Positions 19,212-29,550 are shown, counted from the first letter of the stretch. The stretch is DNA of 64,000 bases from Candidatus Anstonellales archaeon (GCA_038896535.1 JAWACY010000001.1:128001-192000), one strand, 5' to 3'. The notes: generated by a model from the sequence alone, not told the origin. Program-made: numbers and translations.

Positions 19212-20612
19212 TTATAAATATCTTATTTTAGTCTCATTTCCTTCATCATATATTTCTATATCAATATCCTTTAATTTTTTCCTTATCTCATCGCTCAATT
19301 CATAAAATCCTTTTTGCCTTAGAACAGACCTTAAATTTATTATCATATCAACAAGTTTCTTTTCCCTCTCTTTATTATAAAGCTTATCAAATTTAATGCC
19401 TGTTATGAAGCTGAATTCTCTGAAAAACAGCATACAAATTTCTGCTGTTGTTCTGTCAATATAATTTATGTTTGCATTTATTAATTTCAAAAATGCATAA
19501 AAATGACTTAAGGCTGTTGGGGTATTTAAGTTATCTTCTAATGATTTTATGAATTCCCTCCTTATATTTATTATTTCCTTTCTTATTCTTGCTACTTCCT
19601 TGTATTTTTTCATTGTTGTTTCATCTTGTTTTATTGCATTTATTATTGTTTCAATGCTTTTATATGCTTCTTCTATATTTCTCATGTTTGCCTCAGCCAG
19701 CTTCATGTTTTTTTCATCAAAATCTATTGGCGAATTTATTGAAGATGTGATGAAAAAAAGCCTCATGACATTTGGGCTATATTTTGATAAAGCATCTTTT
19801 ATTGTTATATAATTGCCCAAACTCTTGCTCATTTTTTGTCCATTTATTGTTAAAGGTCCTGTATGCACCCATATTTTAGCAAACTGCTTTCCTGTAAGAG
19901 CCTCTGATTGAGCTATTTCATTCTCATGATGTGGAAATATTAAATCTCTCCCCCCGCCATGTATTGTCAACGTTCCTTTTGCATATTTTAATGCCATTGC
20001 ACTGCATTCTATATGCCATCCAGGCCTGCCATTGCCAAATTCACTATGCCAGCATGGCCTTTCATCTGTTTTCTTCCATAGAGCAAAATCTGCCTCATGT
20101 TTTTTTGTTTCATCTGGTTCTATTCTATGCTTTTTTATTTCCTCCATTGATTGGGATGAGAGTTTTCCATAATTATTAAACTTGCTGACAGAAAAATAAA
20201 CTCCAGTTTTTGTCTCATATGCAATGCCTTTTTCAACAAGTGCCTTTATGATTTTTATCATATCGCCTATATGCTCTGTTGCTTTTGGATAAACATCTGC
20301 TCTTAATATATTAAGTTTATCAAACAATTCCATTGCTTCATCATTAAAGGCATGTGCCATTTTTATTGGCTCTTGGCCAGTTTCCTTTGCCTTCTTTAAT
20401 ATTTTATCATCAACATCAGTTACATTTTGTATATGGAAAACATTCATGCCTGAAAAAATAAGAAATCTCTTAAGCACATCAAATAATACATATGTCCTTG
20501 CATGGCCTATATGAGCATGGTCATATGGGGTTATGCCACAAACATAAAGTTTTACGTTTTTGCCTACTTTTTTGAGGGTTCTTGAATAAGAATCATATAA
20601 CATTATTGCCAT
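19212..20612 (-). CDS. cysS: Cysteinyl-tRNA synthetase
   Basis: YVCG.T.YD..HIGH, DFALWK, GRPGWHIECS, HGGG.DL.FPHHENE, KMSKS. Confidence 0.97.
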   Translation of the reverse strand: MAIMLYDSYSRTLKKVGKNVKLYVCGITPYDHAHIGHARTYVLFDVLKRFLIFSGMNVFHIQNVTDVDDKILKKAKETGQEPIKMAHAFNDEAMELFDKLNILRADVYPKATEHIGDMIKIIKALVEKGIAYETKTGVYFSVSKFNNYGKLSSQSMEEIKKHRIEPDETKKHEADFALWKKTDERPCWHSEFGNGRPGWHIECSAMALKYAKGTLTIHGGGRDLIFPHHENEIAQSEALTGKQFAKIWVHTGPLTINGQKMSKSLGNYITIKDALSKYSPNVMRLFFITSSINSPIDFDEKNMKLAEANMRNIEEAYKSIETIINAIKQDETTMKKYKEVARIRKEIINIRREFIKSLEDNLNTPTALSHFYAFLKLINANINYIDRTTAEICMLFFREFSFITGIKFDKLYNKEREKKLVDMIINLRSVLRQKGFYELSDEIRKKLKDIDIEIYDEGNETKIRYL

Positions 20613-20660
20613 GATATATTGATATAATAACATTTTAAACACTTTCTTGTAAAATATCGT

Positions 20661-22550
20661 ATGCGCTTATTATTTTTACATGCAGATAGTATATATGTAA
20701 AACCAACTCAAAAAGCATTGCCAGATGCAGAAGACAAAGCAGAGCAAATAAGAGCAAATGAGCCTTTAGTTGTTTTTATTGCAGTAGAAGAAAATGACGA
20801 AAATATAGAAGAAAGGGTAGTAAATGAAATAATTGATGTAGTAAATAAAGTAAAGGCAAAAAATGTTGTTTTATACCCATATGTACATTTAACATCAAAA
20901 CCAGCAAAACCAAGGAAAGCATTTGATATATTAAAAAATATAGAAAAAATGCTTGCAAAAAATATAGAGGTAAAAAGAGCTCCTTTTGGTTGGTATAAGG
21001 CATTTACAATAAGCGTTAAGGGACATCCACTAAGTGAATTAAGTAAAGAAATAAGTAGTGAAAAAACGATGATTAAGGAAGGGCATATAAAAGAGGGAAA
21101 GGCAAGTGTTGAGCAAGAAGAAGTATCGCAATCTCTCCAACAAGAGAGCAAGGTTAAGAGCTCATTTTACATATTAGATAATGATAAAAAATTAATTAGC
21201 ATTAATGAATTCAATTTTAAAAGTCATGCTGGACTTAAAAAGCTTGTTGATTATGAAATAAAAAAATCAAGGGCATATGAAAAAGAGCCACCACACATTA
21301 AAATAATGCAAGAGCATGAGTTTGTAGATTATGAGCCTGGCAGTGATCCAGGGAATTTTAGATATTACCCAAAAGGGAGGTTAATAAAAAAGATATTGGA
21401 GAAATATATAAGTGATATATGCATATCTTATGGAGCAAATGAGGTAGAAACGCCAATAATGTATGATTTTCAACATCCTGCATTGAAGAAATATTTACAT
21501 AGATTTCCAGCAAGGCAGTATTTATTATTAAGTGATGAAAAGAAATATTTCCTGAGATTTGCTGCTTGTTTTGGCCAGTTTTTAATAGCTCATGATGCAA
21601 CAATAAGCTATAAGCATTTGCCATTTAAAATTTATGAATTAACAAGATATAGTTTTAGAAGGGAGCAAAGTGGAGAATTGGCAGGGCTTAAAAGGCTCAG
21701 GGCCTTTACTATGCCAGATATGCATACAATTGTAAAAGACATGGAAATGGCAAAACAAGAGTTTAAAAATCAGCTTAATGTTTGTATATCATTCTTAAAA
21801 AGTGTAGGGCTTTTTGATTATACTGAAGTTGCTTTTAGGGCAGAGGAAAACTTTTTTAATGAAAATAGAGATTGGTATAATGAACTTGTTGATATAATAG
21901 GCAAGCCAATAATGATAGAATTATTTAATGAAAGATATGCATATTTCATAACGAAATTTGAATTTAATTTTATTGATTCCATGGATAAAGCCAGTGCACT
22001 TAGCACTGTGCAGATAGATGTTGAGAATGCTGAAAGATTTGATATATCATTTAATGATGAAAATGGAAAGAAAAAAAGGCCATTTATTTTACATGCTTCA
22101 TTTAGTGGGGCTGTTGAAAGGGTTATATATGCTATACTAGAAAAGCAAGCAATGATAATGCAAAAAAATGGAAAGGCAAATTTGCCTTTATGGCTTGCTC
22201 CAATACAAGTTAGAGTTATACCGATCAATAATAGTTATAATGACATAGCAATAGAAATAGCAAAAAAACTTGCAGATAATATGATAAGGGTTGATGTAGA
22301 TGATAGGGATGATACGTTAAACAATAAAATAAGGCTTGCGCAAAGGGAGTGGATACCATATATTATTGTTATTGGTGAGAAGGAGAAGCAAAATAAAACA
22401 ATATCTGTTAATGTAAGAGAAAAAGATGAGAAAAGAGATATGAGATTAAATGAGCTTATAGATGAGATAAATGGACAACTAATGATAAAGGAAAGGCTTA
22501 ATATGCCAATGTTAATGAGCAAAAGGCCGATATTTAGGCAAGTACTTTAA
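20661..22550 (+). CDS. thrS: Threonyl-tRNA synthetase, archaeal type with N-terminal editing domain
   Basis: YPYVHL, RAPFGWYK.F...KGHPLSELS editing domain; RFAACFGQF, RLRAFTMPDMH. Confidence 0.96.
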   Translation: MRLLFLHADSIYVKPTQKALPDAEDKAEQIRANEPLVVFIAVEENDENIEERVVNEIIDVVNKVKAKNVVLYPYVHLTSKPAKPRKAFDILKNIEKMLAKNIEVKRAPFGWYKAFTISVKGHPLSELSKEISSEKTMIKEGHIKEGKASVEQEEVSQSLQQESKVKSSFYILDNDKKLISINEFNFKSHAGLKKLVDYEIKKSRAYEKEPPHIKIMQEHEFVDYEPGSDPGNFRYYPKGRLIKKILEKYISDICISYGANEVETPIMYDFQHPALKKYLHRFPARQYLLLSDEKKYFLRFAACFGQFLIAHDATISYKHLPFKIYELTRYSFRREQSGELAGLKRLRAFTMPDMHTIVKDMEMAKQEFKNQLNVCISFLKSVGLFDYTEVAFRAEENFFNENRDWYNELVDIIGKPIMIELFNERYAYFITKFEFNFIDSMDKASALSTVQIDVENAERFDISFNDENGKKKRPFILHASFSGAVERVIYAILEKQAMIMQKNGKANLPLWLAPIQVRVIPINNSYNDIAIEIAKKLADNMIRVDVDDRDDTLNNKIRLAQREWIPYIIVIGEKEKQNKTISVNVREKDEKRDMRLNELIDEINGQLMIKERLNMPMLMSKRPIFRQVL

Positions 22551-22561
22551 TTTGTGATATA

Positions 22562-22810
22562 ATGCTTTTTATAAAAGAAAAACCTGCTTCTGTAATGCTT
22601 GCATTAAGGCAACATCAAAGACTTTATTTATCAGAGCTAGCAAAAAAATCGAATGTGACATTTGCATATATAAAAAAATTCATCCCTCTGCTTGAACAAT
22701 TAGGCATTGTAACAATATCAAAGGAAAGAAAAAAAACTTATGTTGCATTAACTGAGAAAGGAAAAGAGATAGCAAAATTGTTATATGAATTATCGATACA
22801 AAACGCTTAG
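22562..22810 (+). CDS. Winged-helix DNA-binding protein
   Basis: YLSELAK...T..Y....L...G.V...R...LTEKG.EIA. Confidence 0.8.
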   Translation: MLFIKEKPASVMLALRQHQRLYLSELAKKSNVTFAYIKKFIPLLEQLGIVTISKERKKTYVALTEKGKEIAKLLYELSIQNA

Positions 22811-22832
22811 GAAATGATTATGAAATTCTATA

Positions 22833-23519
22833 TTAATCAATTAATGAGAAAACATCTTTTTGGGTCTCATATACCTCCCCCCTCTCAGCCATTAACCTCA
22901 AAGTAACAATAACTGCTGTTGGGTCAATTTTTAATAGAGATGCAATTTCTTGATAGTGTAAAGGCTTTTTCAATATCTTTCTTATAGTTTTTGATGTCTG
23001 TTCAAAAAATGTTTTTTTGGCTATATAAACTTTATTATCAAAATGCTTCAAGGCAAGATACATGTTTGGGCTTGAGCTTATCACATTTTTTGCTTCCTGC
23101 TCTTCTAATATTGCATAATTTACATCTAAAATGCTAACATGTTCTTTTTGCTTTTGATATTCTTGTTTCATTTTTTCATATTTTTGCTTTTTTAAATCAT
23201 TAAAAATACTTTTTGATATTGCAATGTGCATCTTCCCTTTTCCTTTAGCTATGAATACCTTGCCCTCTTTTATTAAATCATTCAATATTGCCTTTTCTTT
23301 TTCACTGAGTTTTATATTCTTTATTTCTCTTTCATCATATGTCATGTTATAAAGCTTAAGCAACAATTTACTTTTCTCCTCATCTGAAATACTTTTATCA
23401 TCTTTAACATCCGCTTTTTTTCCTTCTATTATTATCAACAACCCAGGCTTTATCTCATATATCTCATCTTCTTTATCAAGCTCAATTATGATCTTTCCCT
23501 GCTTATTTAATTTCATCAT
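22833..23519 (-). CDS. Hypothetical protein with probable C-terminal winged helix
   Basis: EIAS.L.ID...V...LRLM.E.GEVYE at the C-terminus. Confidence 0.65.
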   Translation of the reverse strand: MMKLNKQGKIIIELDKEDEIYEIKPGLLIIIEGKKADVKDDKSISDEEKSKLLLKLYNMTYDEREIKNIKLSEKEKAILNDLIKEGKVFIAKGKGKMHIAISKSIFNDLKKQKYEKMKQEYQKQKEHVSILDVNYAILEEQEAKNVISSSPNMYLALKHFDNKVYIAKKTFFEQTSKTIRKILKKPLHYQEIASLLKIDPTAVIVTLRLMAERGEVYETQKDVFSLID

Positions 23520-23567
23520 AATATATGTTTGTTTAATGTTTATAAATAAATATCTGCATATAAAAAC

Positions 23568-24089
23568 ATGGCCGGAATGAAAAATAATAAATTGCAAGCT
23601 AACAATTTATCAATTAGTGCTGTAAAACTACCATTACCAGATAATACAAATGTTATAATAGGGAAGACACACTTCATAAAAAGTGTAGAAGATATTTATG
23701 AAGCAGTTATACAAAGTGTGCCAGGCATAAAGTTTGGGCTTGCATTTAATGAAGCGAGTGGGGATAGGCTTATTAGATATGAAGGCAATGATGATGAGCT
23801 AATAAAAACAGCGTTAGAAGCTGCTAAGATGTGTGCATGCGGGCATACTTTCTATATTTACATAAAAAATGCTTGGCCAATAAACATTATAGACAGAATA
23901 AGGGCTGTGCCAGAAGTAATAGAAATTGTTGCCTGCACTGCTAATCCAATATACGCAATAATAGCAGAGAATGAACAAGGCAGGGGCATAATAGGGGTAA
24001 TTGATGGTTTCCCGCCTTTAGGCATTGAAAGCAAGGAGAAAAAACAGGAAAGGCATAACTTTTTAAGAAAAATAGGATATAAGATATAA
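23568..24089 (+). CDS. Adenosine-specific kinase / DUF355 family protein
   Basis: NVIIG..HFIKSVED, FG.AF.EASG.RL.R, GH.F, CATANP-like motif, GRGI.GV.DG, GYK C-terminus. Confidence 0.88.
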   Translation: MAGMKNNKLQANNLSISAVKLPLPDNTNVIIGKTHFIKSVEDIYEAVIQSVPGIKFGLAFNEASGDRLIRYEGNDDELIKTALEAAKMCACGHTFYIYIKNAWPINIIDRIRAVPEVIEIVACTANPIYAIIAENEQGRGIIGVIDGFPPLGIESKEKKQERHNFLRKIGYKI

Positions 24090-24090
24090 C

Positions 24091-24429
24091 ATGGCAGAAA
24101 CAATATTTAAAGGTCCAAGAAGAGGGACTTTTACAGAAGAAGAGGAAGAAGAGCTTGCAAAGAGCAGGGGCAAGGCAGTAGCTGACTTTAACAGGTTTAT
24201 AAAAGAAAACAAAGAAGAAATAGAAAAGCTAAAAAAGGAATTTCCACAAGCAACAAAAGCAGGAATAAAGGACTTGGTTTTTCTATTATGGCTACTCGAC
24301 ATAACAAGAACAGAAGAGAAAAAAACAATATTCTCAAAGGCAAGGGGATTGTTGAGAACACTGTTTGTTTCAGGATGGGTTGGTATGCTATCAGCATTTA
24401 AAATTGCTGGAGATGTGCTTAAAAAATGA
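24091..24429 (+). CDS. Hypothetical protein
   Basis: Operon-coupled ORF of 112 aa. Confidence 0.7.
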   Translation: MAETIFKGPRRGTFTEEEEEELAKSRGKAVADFNRFIKENKEEIEKLKKEFPQATKAGIKDLVFLLWLLDITRTEEKKTIFSKARGLLRTLFVSGWVGMLSAFKIAGDVLKK

Positions 24430-24896
24430 TTGTAGAAGGCATTGGAATTGCAATAATATTTTTTATTGCTGGCTATTTAACAGACAAAATAGATTTCATA
24501 ATTGATGATTTAAAAAAAATGCCAAATCTTGGCTTGCAACTACTATTCCTTTTATTTGTAGGAATAACTGCAGTTATTGGTTATTATTATTTTCCATCTC
24601 TTTACATAGGCGTTGTAATTGGGCTTATGTTATCTGGAAAAGTTGATAAATTAATATTTGTCATTGCAGCTCTGTTTTTTATACCATACATATTCCTTAA
24701 TATTGATTATAAAATAGCTGCAATGTTTGGCCTTGCCTCTTTTTTAGATGAAAAGCCATTATTCAGCAAAACAAGACCTTTTTTAAAAATATTGAGCATA
24801 GGATATGGGCTTTTTTATAACCCCCTAGTTATTGCTGCTTTTGGAGCTTTTGATTTGGGCTATGAATATAATACACATAAAATAAATAAAAAATAA
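24426..24896 (+). CDS. Membrane protein, hypothetical
   Basis: ATGA overlap with the previous gene; multiple hydrophobic segments. Confidence 0.75.
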   Translation: MIVEGIGIAIIFFIAGYLTDKIDFIIDDLKKMPNLGLQLLFLLFVGITAVIGYYYFPSLYIGVVIGLMLSGKVDKLIFVIAALFFIPYIFLNIDYKIAAMFGLASFLDEKPLFSKTRPFLKILSIGYGLFYNPLVIAAFGAFDLGYEYNTHKINKK

Positions 24897-24961
24897 AGGA
24901 AATTGAGAGTAAGAAGGAAATTAATCATAATTAGAAATGATCAAAAATAAATGCTCAAATA

Positions 24962-25033
24962 GCCCTAGTAGCTCAGCGGAAGAGCGTTCGCCTCGTAAGC
25001 GAAAGGTCGGGGGTTCAAATCCCCCCTAGGGCT
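24962..25033 (+). tRNA. tRNA-Thr(CGU)
   Basis: GCCCTAG/CTAGGGC acceptor, TTCGC-CTCGTAA-GCGAA anticodon arm, GGTTCAAATCC T-arm, U73. Confidence 0.96.
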
Positions 25034-25037
25034 CTTG

Positions 25038-25435
25038 GTAAGAAGGCAAATTAACTTATACACACGCCTTCTTACAAACATCCCGCCCCTATTATACGCT
25101 TGTGGAAGAAGGCGCTAACCCTTATACACACGCCTTCTTACAATCTTCCAGGTAAGAAGGCAAATTAACTTATACACATGCCTTCTTACAATCTTCCAAC
25201 CCCTATTATTCCCTGTGGTAAGAAGGCAAATTGACTGATAAACATGCCTTCTTACAAACATCCCACCCCTATTATTCCCTGTGGTAAGAAGGCGCTAACC
25301 CTTATACACACGCCTTCTTACAATCTTCCAGGTAAGAAGGCAAATTGACTGATAAACATGCCTTCTTACAAACATCCCACCCCTATTATTCCCTGTGGTA
25401 AGAAGGCGCTAACCCTTATACACACGCCTTCTTAC
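25038..25435 (+). repeat. Hairpin array 1: seven 38-nt units GTAAGAAGGC-N18-GCCTTCTTAC with 28- or 10-nt linkers
   Basis: Units start at 25038, 25104, 25152, 25218, 25284, 25332 and 25398; begins 4 nt after tRNA-Thr. Confidence 0.97.
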
Positions 25436-25645
25436 AAATATACAACTACTATTATCACCTCGATTTATTATAAACACGGCCAGAGTTGAGGATTAATAAT
25501 ATAAGCAAATAGTCAAAGAAAAGATAGAAATTATGGCCTTAACTATTTTGATATTATTTTAAGCGCCTGCTTTCTGCCCTTCAAGTCAGAGAAAAAATAA
25601 AAAAGAAAAAATTTTAGCCTTAGTCAGCAATATTTTAAACTGCTA

Positions 25646-26119
25646 TTATGGACATACAACTCTTAAAGGTGTTGTGCCAACTATTGTGTAATTCACTGTA
25701 CTTGGTGGGTAACCATATGTCAAAACCATTTGGAACTCTTTTAATTGCCCTGAATCTGCTGCTGCGCAAACTGTTGATGTAAAGTTCACATTAACATCTG
25801 CCGTATTTCCGGCAGTTATGTTTTTTGGCAATCCTGCGCTGTTTGCTGTTCCATCTAAGCTTACTGCTCTTAATTCTATTTTCTTAACATCTTTGTTTTG
25901 TATGCTCATTGTCAAGTTATTTGTGCCAACTGGAGAATAAGCAACTATGCCCAATGGAACTTGTCCACTCCAATAGCCCTTACTCTGATCAACCAAGCTC
26001 TTTGTACCAAATCCAGAGAAGTTTCCTAACAAGAAAATCACTAACAAAGCTACAACTAATACTGCTGCAAAGATTACTAAATACTCTGTAGAACCTTGTC
26101 CTTTCATACTCTCACCCAT
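25646..26119 (-). CDS. Type IV pilin with class III signal peptide, probable major pilin
   Basis: MKG|QGSTEYL followed by a hydrophobic helix; Asn/Thr-rich body with a Cys pair; divergent from the pilus operon. Confidence 0.85.
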   Translation of the reverse strand: MGESMKGQGSTEYLVIFAAVLVVALLVIFLLGNFSGFGTKSLVDQSKGYWSGQVPLGIVAYSPVGTNNLTMSIQNKDVKKIELRAVSLDGTANSAGLPKNITAGNTADVNVNFTSTVCAAADSGQLKEFQMVLTYGYPPSTVNYTIVGTTPLRVVCP

Positions 26120-26273
26120 GAAAGAAAATTATAGTAAACATTTAAAAATTTTTTCATTTTTGGTATAAAAAAAATAAATAAATGCTTATTATATTCCAGC
26201 AAGCATAACCTTTAACAACTCTTATAGTTTGATAAAAAGGAAAAGTTTAAATATAAATTTGCGGTATTTAAAC

Positions 26274-27062
26274 ATGCAAAAAAAGAAGAAAAAAAAGGAA
26301 GCAACATTAGAAGAAAAAGTAAAAAGCCTAGAAAGCCTTAAGGAGTTATTCAAACCTTCTTTAAAACTTCCAAATGTAAAAAGAGTAAAAAGCTATTTAT
26401 CTGGATTGGATGAAATGCTTTATGGAGGCCTTGTCGATGGATCAACAATAATTGTTGTTGGTGGCCCTGGAAGTGGAAAAACCATAATGATGCTTCAATA
26501 TTGTTATGCTGCTGCTATGAATGGAGAAAAAGCCCTGTTCATATCGACAAATGAACCAATAAGTAAACTAAAAAAACATGCTGAGCTATTCGGCTGGAAA
26601 GACAATAAAAATGTTAAATTTCTATTTTACAGTCCATATGAGATAAAAGAAATTATAAAAGAGGGAGGGACATCTTTACTTGATTTAATAACTAGTGAGG
26701 GCATAACAAAAATTGCACTTGACTCATTGACTGCTATAAAAATATCATTTAATACACAGCAAGAAGAAAATGAATTTATATACAAATTTTTCGACTTATT
26801 CTATAGAATGCCAGTAACATCAATATTGACAATGGAGAAAACTGATAATGAATCTTTTACAAGATGGGAGTTTATGGCTGATGGAATAATAAAACTTAGA
26901 GTCTATGCTCTTGAGGATTATAGAATTAGGGGCTTAGAAATAATAAAGATGAGGGACACACCATTTTACGAGCATCTTGTTCCATATTATATTACTTCAA
27001 AAGGCATACAGATTTTGCCACAAGGAAGGGTATTCAGGCCAAAGGAGGAAATACTTTTATGA
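26274..27062 (+). CDS. KaiC/RecA-like ATPase (ArlH/FlaH-like)
   Basis: GLDEML.GG, GGPGSGKT, DSLT, ADGII.L, R.LEI.KMR.T. Confidence 0.9.
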   Translation: MQKKKKKKEATLEEKVKSLESLKELFKPSLKLPNVKRVKSYLSGLDEMLYGGLVDGSTIIVVGGPGSGKTIMMLQYCYAAAMNGEKALFISTNEPISKLKKHAELFGWKDNKNVKFLFYSPYEIKEIIKEGGTSLLDLITSEGITKIALDSLTAIKISFNTQQEENEFIYKFFDLFYRMPVTSILTMEKTDNESFTRWEFMADGIIKLRVYALEDYRIRGLEIIKMRDTPFYEHLVPYYITSKGIQILPQGRVFRPKEEILL

Positions 27063-27448
27063 AAGCCCAAGCATCTGTTGAAAGTATGGCTATGCTATCT
27101 TTATCTTTAATGATAATTCTTTCCTTATCTGGAATAGCATTTTTACTGTTAGGAACATTAAACGAAAACTTAGAGAAGCAGAGGGCTTTAGTTTTTATTG
27201 ATAAACTTCAAACAAACTCTTTATCTGTTTATATGCAGGGCCAAGGAGCTAGTAAAAAAGTATTATTATATTTCCCAAATGAAGCAAATATTACAACAAA
27301 CAACACAATTGTAATATTAAATATAAAAAATAGTACAATTGCAAGGGATTTTGGATTTAACATCACTATTGCCCAGCCTTCATCATCTGGTTATGTTGAA
27401 TTTATAATAAACAATTCTGGAACAAGCGTGGGGGTTTATCCTCAATGA
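27059..27448 (+). CDS. Minor pilin-like protein (class III signal peptide)
   Basis: MKA|QASVE followed by a hydrophobic helix. Confidence 0.8.
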   Translation: MKAQASVESMAMLSLSLMIILSLSGIAFLLLGTLNENLEKQRALVFIDKLQTNSLSVYMQGQGASKKVLLYFPNEANITTNNTIVILNIKNSTIARDFGFNITIAQPSSSGYVEFIINNSGTSVGVYPQ

Positions 27449-27813
27449 GTAACAGTATAGAAACAATTGTGATTTTTGGTTTTCTTTTAAGCATTGTAAT
27501 GCTATCTATAGTCATTGGACAGGGCAATATGCAAGTAATGGCATTAAAAAAAGACAAGAGCGATTTAATGTATGCAAATTCTGTATTGAATAATGCAATA
27601 ACCCAACTTGTTTCATGCTCTGATAATTGTAGCATTAATGTAAGCTTTCCTTCTTACATCATAATAAATAAGAGCTCAGATACATGTATTTTAAGCAATG
27701 GCAATAACTTTTTGAATTGCTTTATACCATTTAACAAAACATTCTATGTTAATGGGACTGTTTTTAGAATGAAAATAAATAATACAAATTTTGGGGTTGA
27801 TGTAATTGAATAG
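27445..27813 (+). CDS. Pilin-like protein
   Basis: N-terminal SIE plus hydrophobic helix; Asn-rich; overlaps both neighbours. Confidence 0.65.
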   Translation: MSNSIETIVIFGFLLSIVMLSIVIGQGNMQVMALKKDKSDLMYANSVLNNAITQLVSCSDNCSINVSFPSYIIINKSSDTCILSNGNNFLNCFIPFNKTFYVNGTVFRMKINNTNFGVDVIE

Positions 27814-28255
27814 CATCGATGCCTTAATGTCCTTTTTCATATTTATTTCCTTATTTCTCTTCATAAACGGCATTGTGAATAATACAAACATAGAGATATC
27901 TTTACATGAGAAAAGCATAAATTTTGATCCAATAAGAGCGTTTTGTTTTCCTGGAGATGGCGCTTTATGGGATATAAATACTGGTTATGCTGGCTTTGGC
28001 AAATATTATAATTTTTGCACATTAGAAAAAAGGAAACTTGATTATTATATATCATTGCTTTCAACAAATAATGAAAATGCAAAAGAAATGCTTGGCATAG
28101 CAGGAAAAAACATTACATTAACAATAAGTGATATAAATGGCACATTATACTACAATTATGCAGAAACATTATCTAATGACAGAGATATTTATACAATATA
28201 TGGAACTTTTAATAACAGGCCAGTAAAAATAAAAATACAAATAAGCAGTGGTTAA
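27806..28255 (+). CDS. Pilin-like protein
   Basis: N-terminal SID plus hydrophobic helix; lies in the pilus operon. Confidence 0.65.
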   Translation: MNSIDALMSFFIFISLFLFINGIVNNTNIEISLHEKSINFDPIRAFCFPGDGALWDINTGYAGFGKYYNFCTLEKRKLDYYISLLSTNNENAKEMLGIAGKNITLTISDINGTLYYNYAETLSNDRDIYTIYGTFNNRPVKIKIQISSG

Positions 28256-28672
28256 ATGAAAAAGGGCCTTTATTTTTCTCTTGATGGTCTTATTGCAATA
28301 ATAATATTATCTTTATTCATATCAAATGTTATAATGCTTGACCAAAATAATGGAGATAAAAGCATTGAAGCATATTCATTAAGCCTTGCAGCAATGATGG
28401 AAAAAAACATGCCATTGAGTAATTTATCAAATAATACAACAATGTTAAACTTCTTTAACAGCTTAGATAGCCAATATTGTTTTTATTATGAATTCTATGG
28501 CTTCCCGCCCCCTCAGAATAACCCAAGGCTTTTATTCAATGTTACAAGAACTGGCTGCAATATTTCAGCAAATTATTACCAGTTGTTCAGGAGCATATTG
28601 AATGATCAAGATTTAAGAGTAAGAGATTTATCTTATGGCTTTAGGATGAGAGTATGGCAAAAGCTTTCATAA
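28256..28672 (+). CDS. Minor pilin-like protein (class III signal peptide)
   Basis: MKKG|LYFSLD followed by a hydrophobic helix. Confidence 0.75.
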   Translation: MKKGLYFSLDGLIAIIILSLFISNVIMLDQNNGDKSIEAYSLSLAAMMEKNMPLSNLSNNTTMLNFFNSLDSQYCFYYEFYGFPPPQNNPRLLFNVTRTGCNISANYYQLFRSILNDQDLRVRDLSYGFRMRVWQKLS

Positions 28673-29544
28673 ATCATCTGTACTTAATATTTTATGTCTT
28701 GCCAATGCTTGCTTTGATATATGCTATTAATTTAAATATGCAAAGGGCACAAGAATCAAGTTATACAACATTAAATTATATAACAGATGATATTATAGAA
28801 GATTTGAAAACAATTTTATATGCAAATACAGATAAAAAAATAACAATACAAAGGCAGGGAAACCTTGCCATTATAAGTGTATTTGATATAATGAATGATT
28901 CAAAACTTGAAGGTATGAGTTTAAATCAAAATATAAATAAATACACTTCAAAGGTTTTGCCAAAATTTATAGTTTTTTATGGACTAACCACATATGCCTT
29001 TTCAATTAATTGGCAAAATGAGCCAACACTATTTTTTACAAATGGAATGAGCCAGAGAACTTATACGCCAGGGAATAATGTTAGATATGATTTTTTTGGA
29101 AATGCAAATACAAGCATGATAAACCTTACAATAAATTATACAAATGGCATAATGCCTTTTGTAAAAATTTGCACATTTAATGGCTTGCCAATATCATGTA
29201 ATGGCGGCACATATGGGGCAGGGACATTTAATGTAACGCTAAATTATACAGATAATATAGGCAATGCATTATTTATATTCAGAATAAATCCTAATGTTGC
29301 GAATACATTTCAAATAACTTATATAGGAGCCCAGACAAGGACAACAACATTAAACATGGGCTTAGTTGGTTCAAATCAAAGATCTATAAGATATAATATA
29401 AATCAGCAAGCGTTTGCCATAATAAATGCAACATTTATAAATAATGAGCAAAATTACATTATGGCATATCTTCCAGGAAGTATTAATTTAACACAAGCAA
29501 CATTTTCAAAAAGCATTAATATTATTCCTATAGAGGAGGGGTAG
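28654..29544 (+). CDS. Membrane-anchored extracellular pilus-associated protein
   Basis: N-terminal TM segment; Asn/Thr-rich beta body with many N-x-S/T sequons. Confidence 0.65.
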   Translation: MAKAFINHLYLIFYVLPMLALIYAINLNMQRAQESSYTTLNYITDDIIEDLKTILYANTDKKITIQRQGNLAIISVFDIMNDSKLEGMSLNQNINKYTSKVLPKFIVFYGLTTYAFSINWQNEPTLFFTNGMSQRTYTPGNNVRYDFFGNANTSMINLTINYTNGIMPFVKICTFNGLPISCNGGTYGAGTFNVTLNYTDNIGNALFIFRINPNVANTFQITYIGAQTRTTTLNMGLVGSNQRSIRYNINQQAFAIINATFINNEQNYIMAYLPGSINLTQATFSKSINIIPIEEG

Positions 29545-29550
29545 AAATAA

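Noticed and set aside
25038..25435. Reading the hairpin arrays as CRISPR arrays
   Set aside because: The intervening sequences are homologous and repeated rather than unique spacers, lengths alternate 18/10/28, and no cas1 or cas6 is in the window
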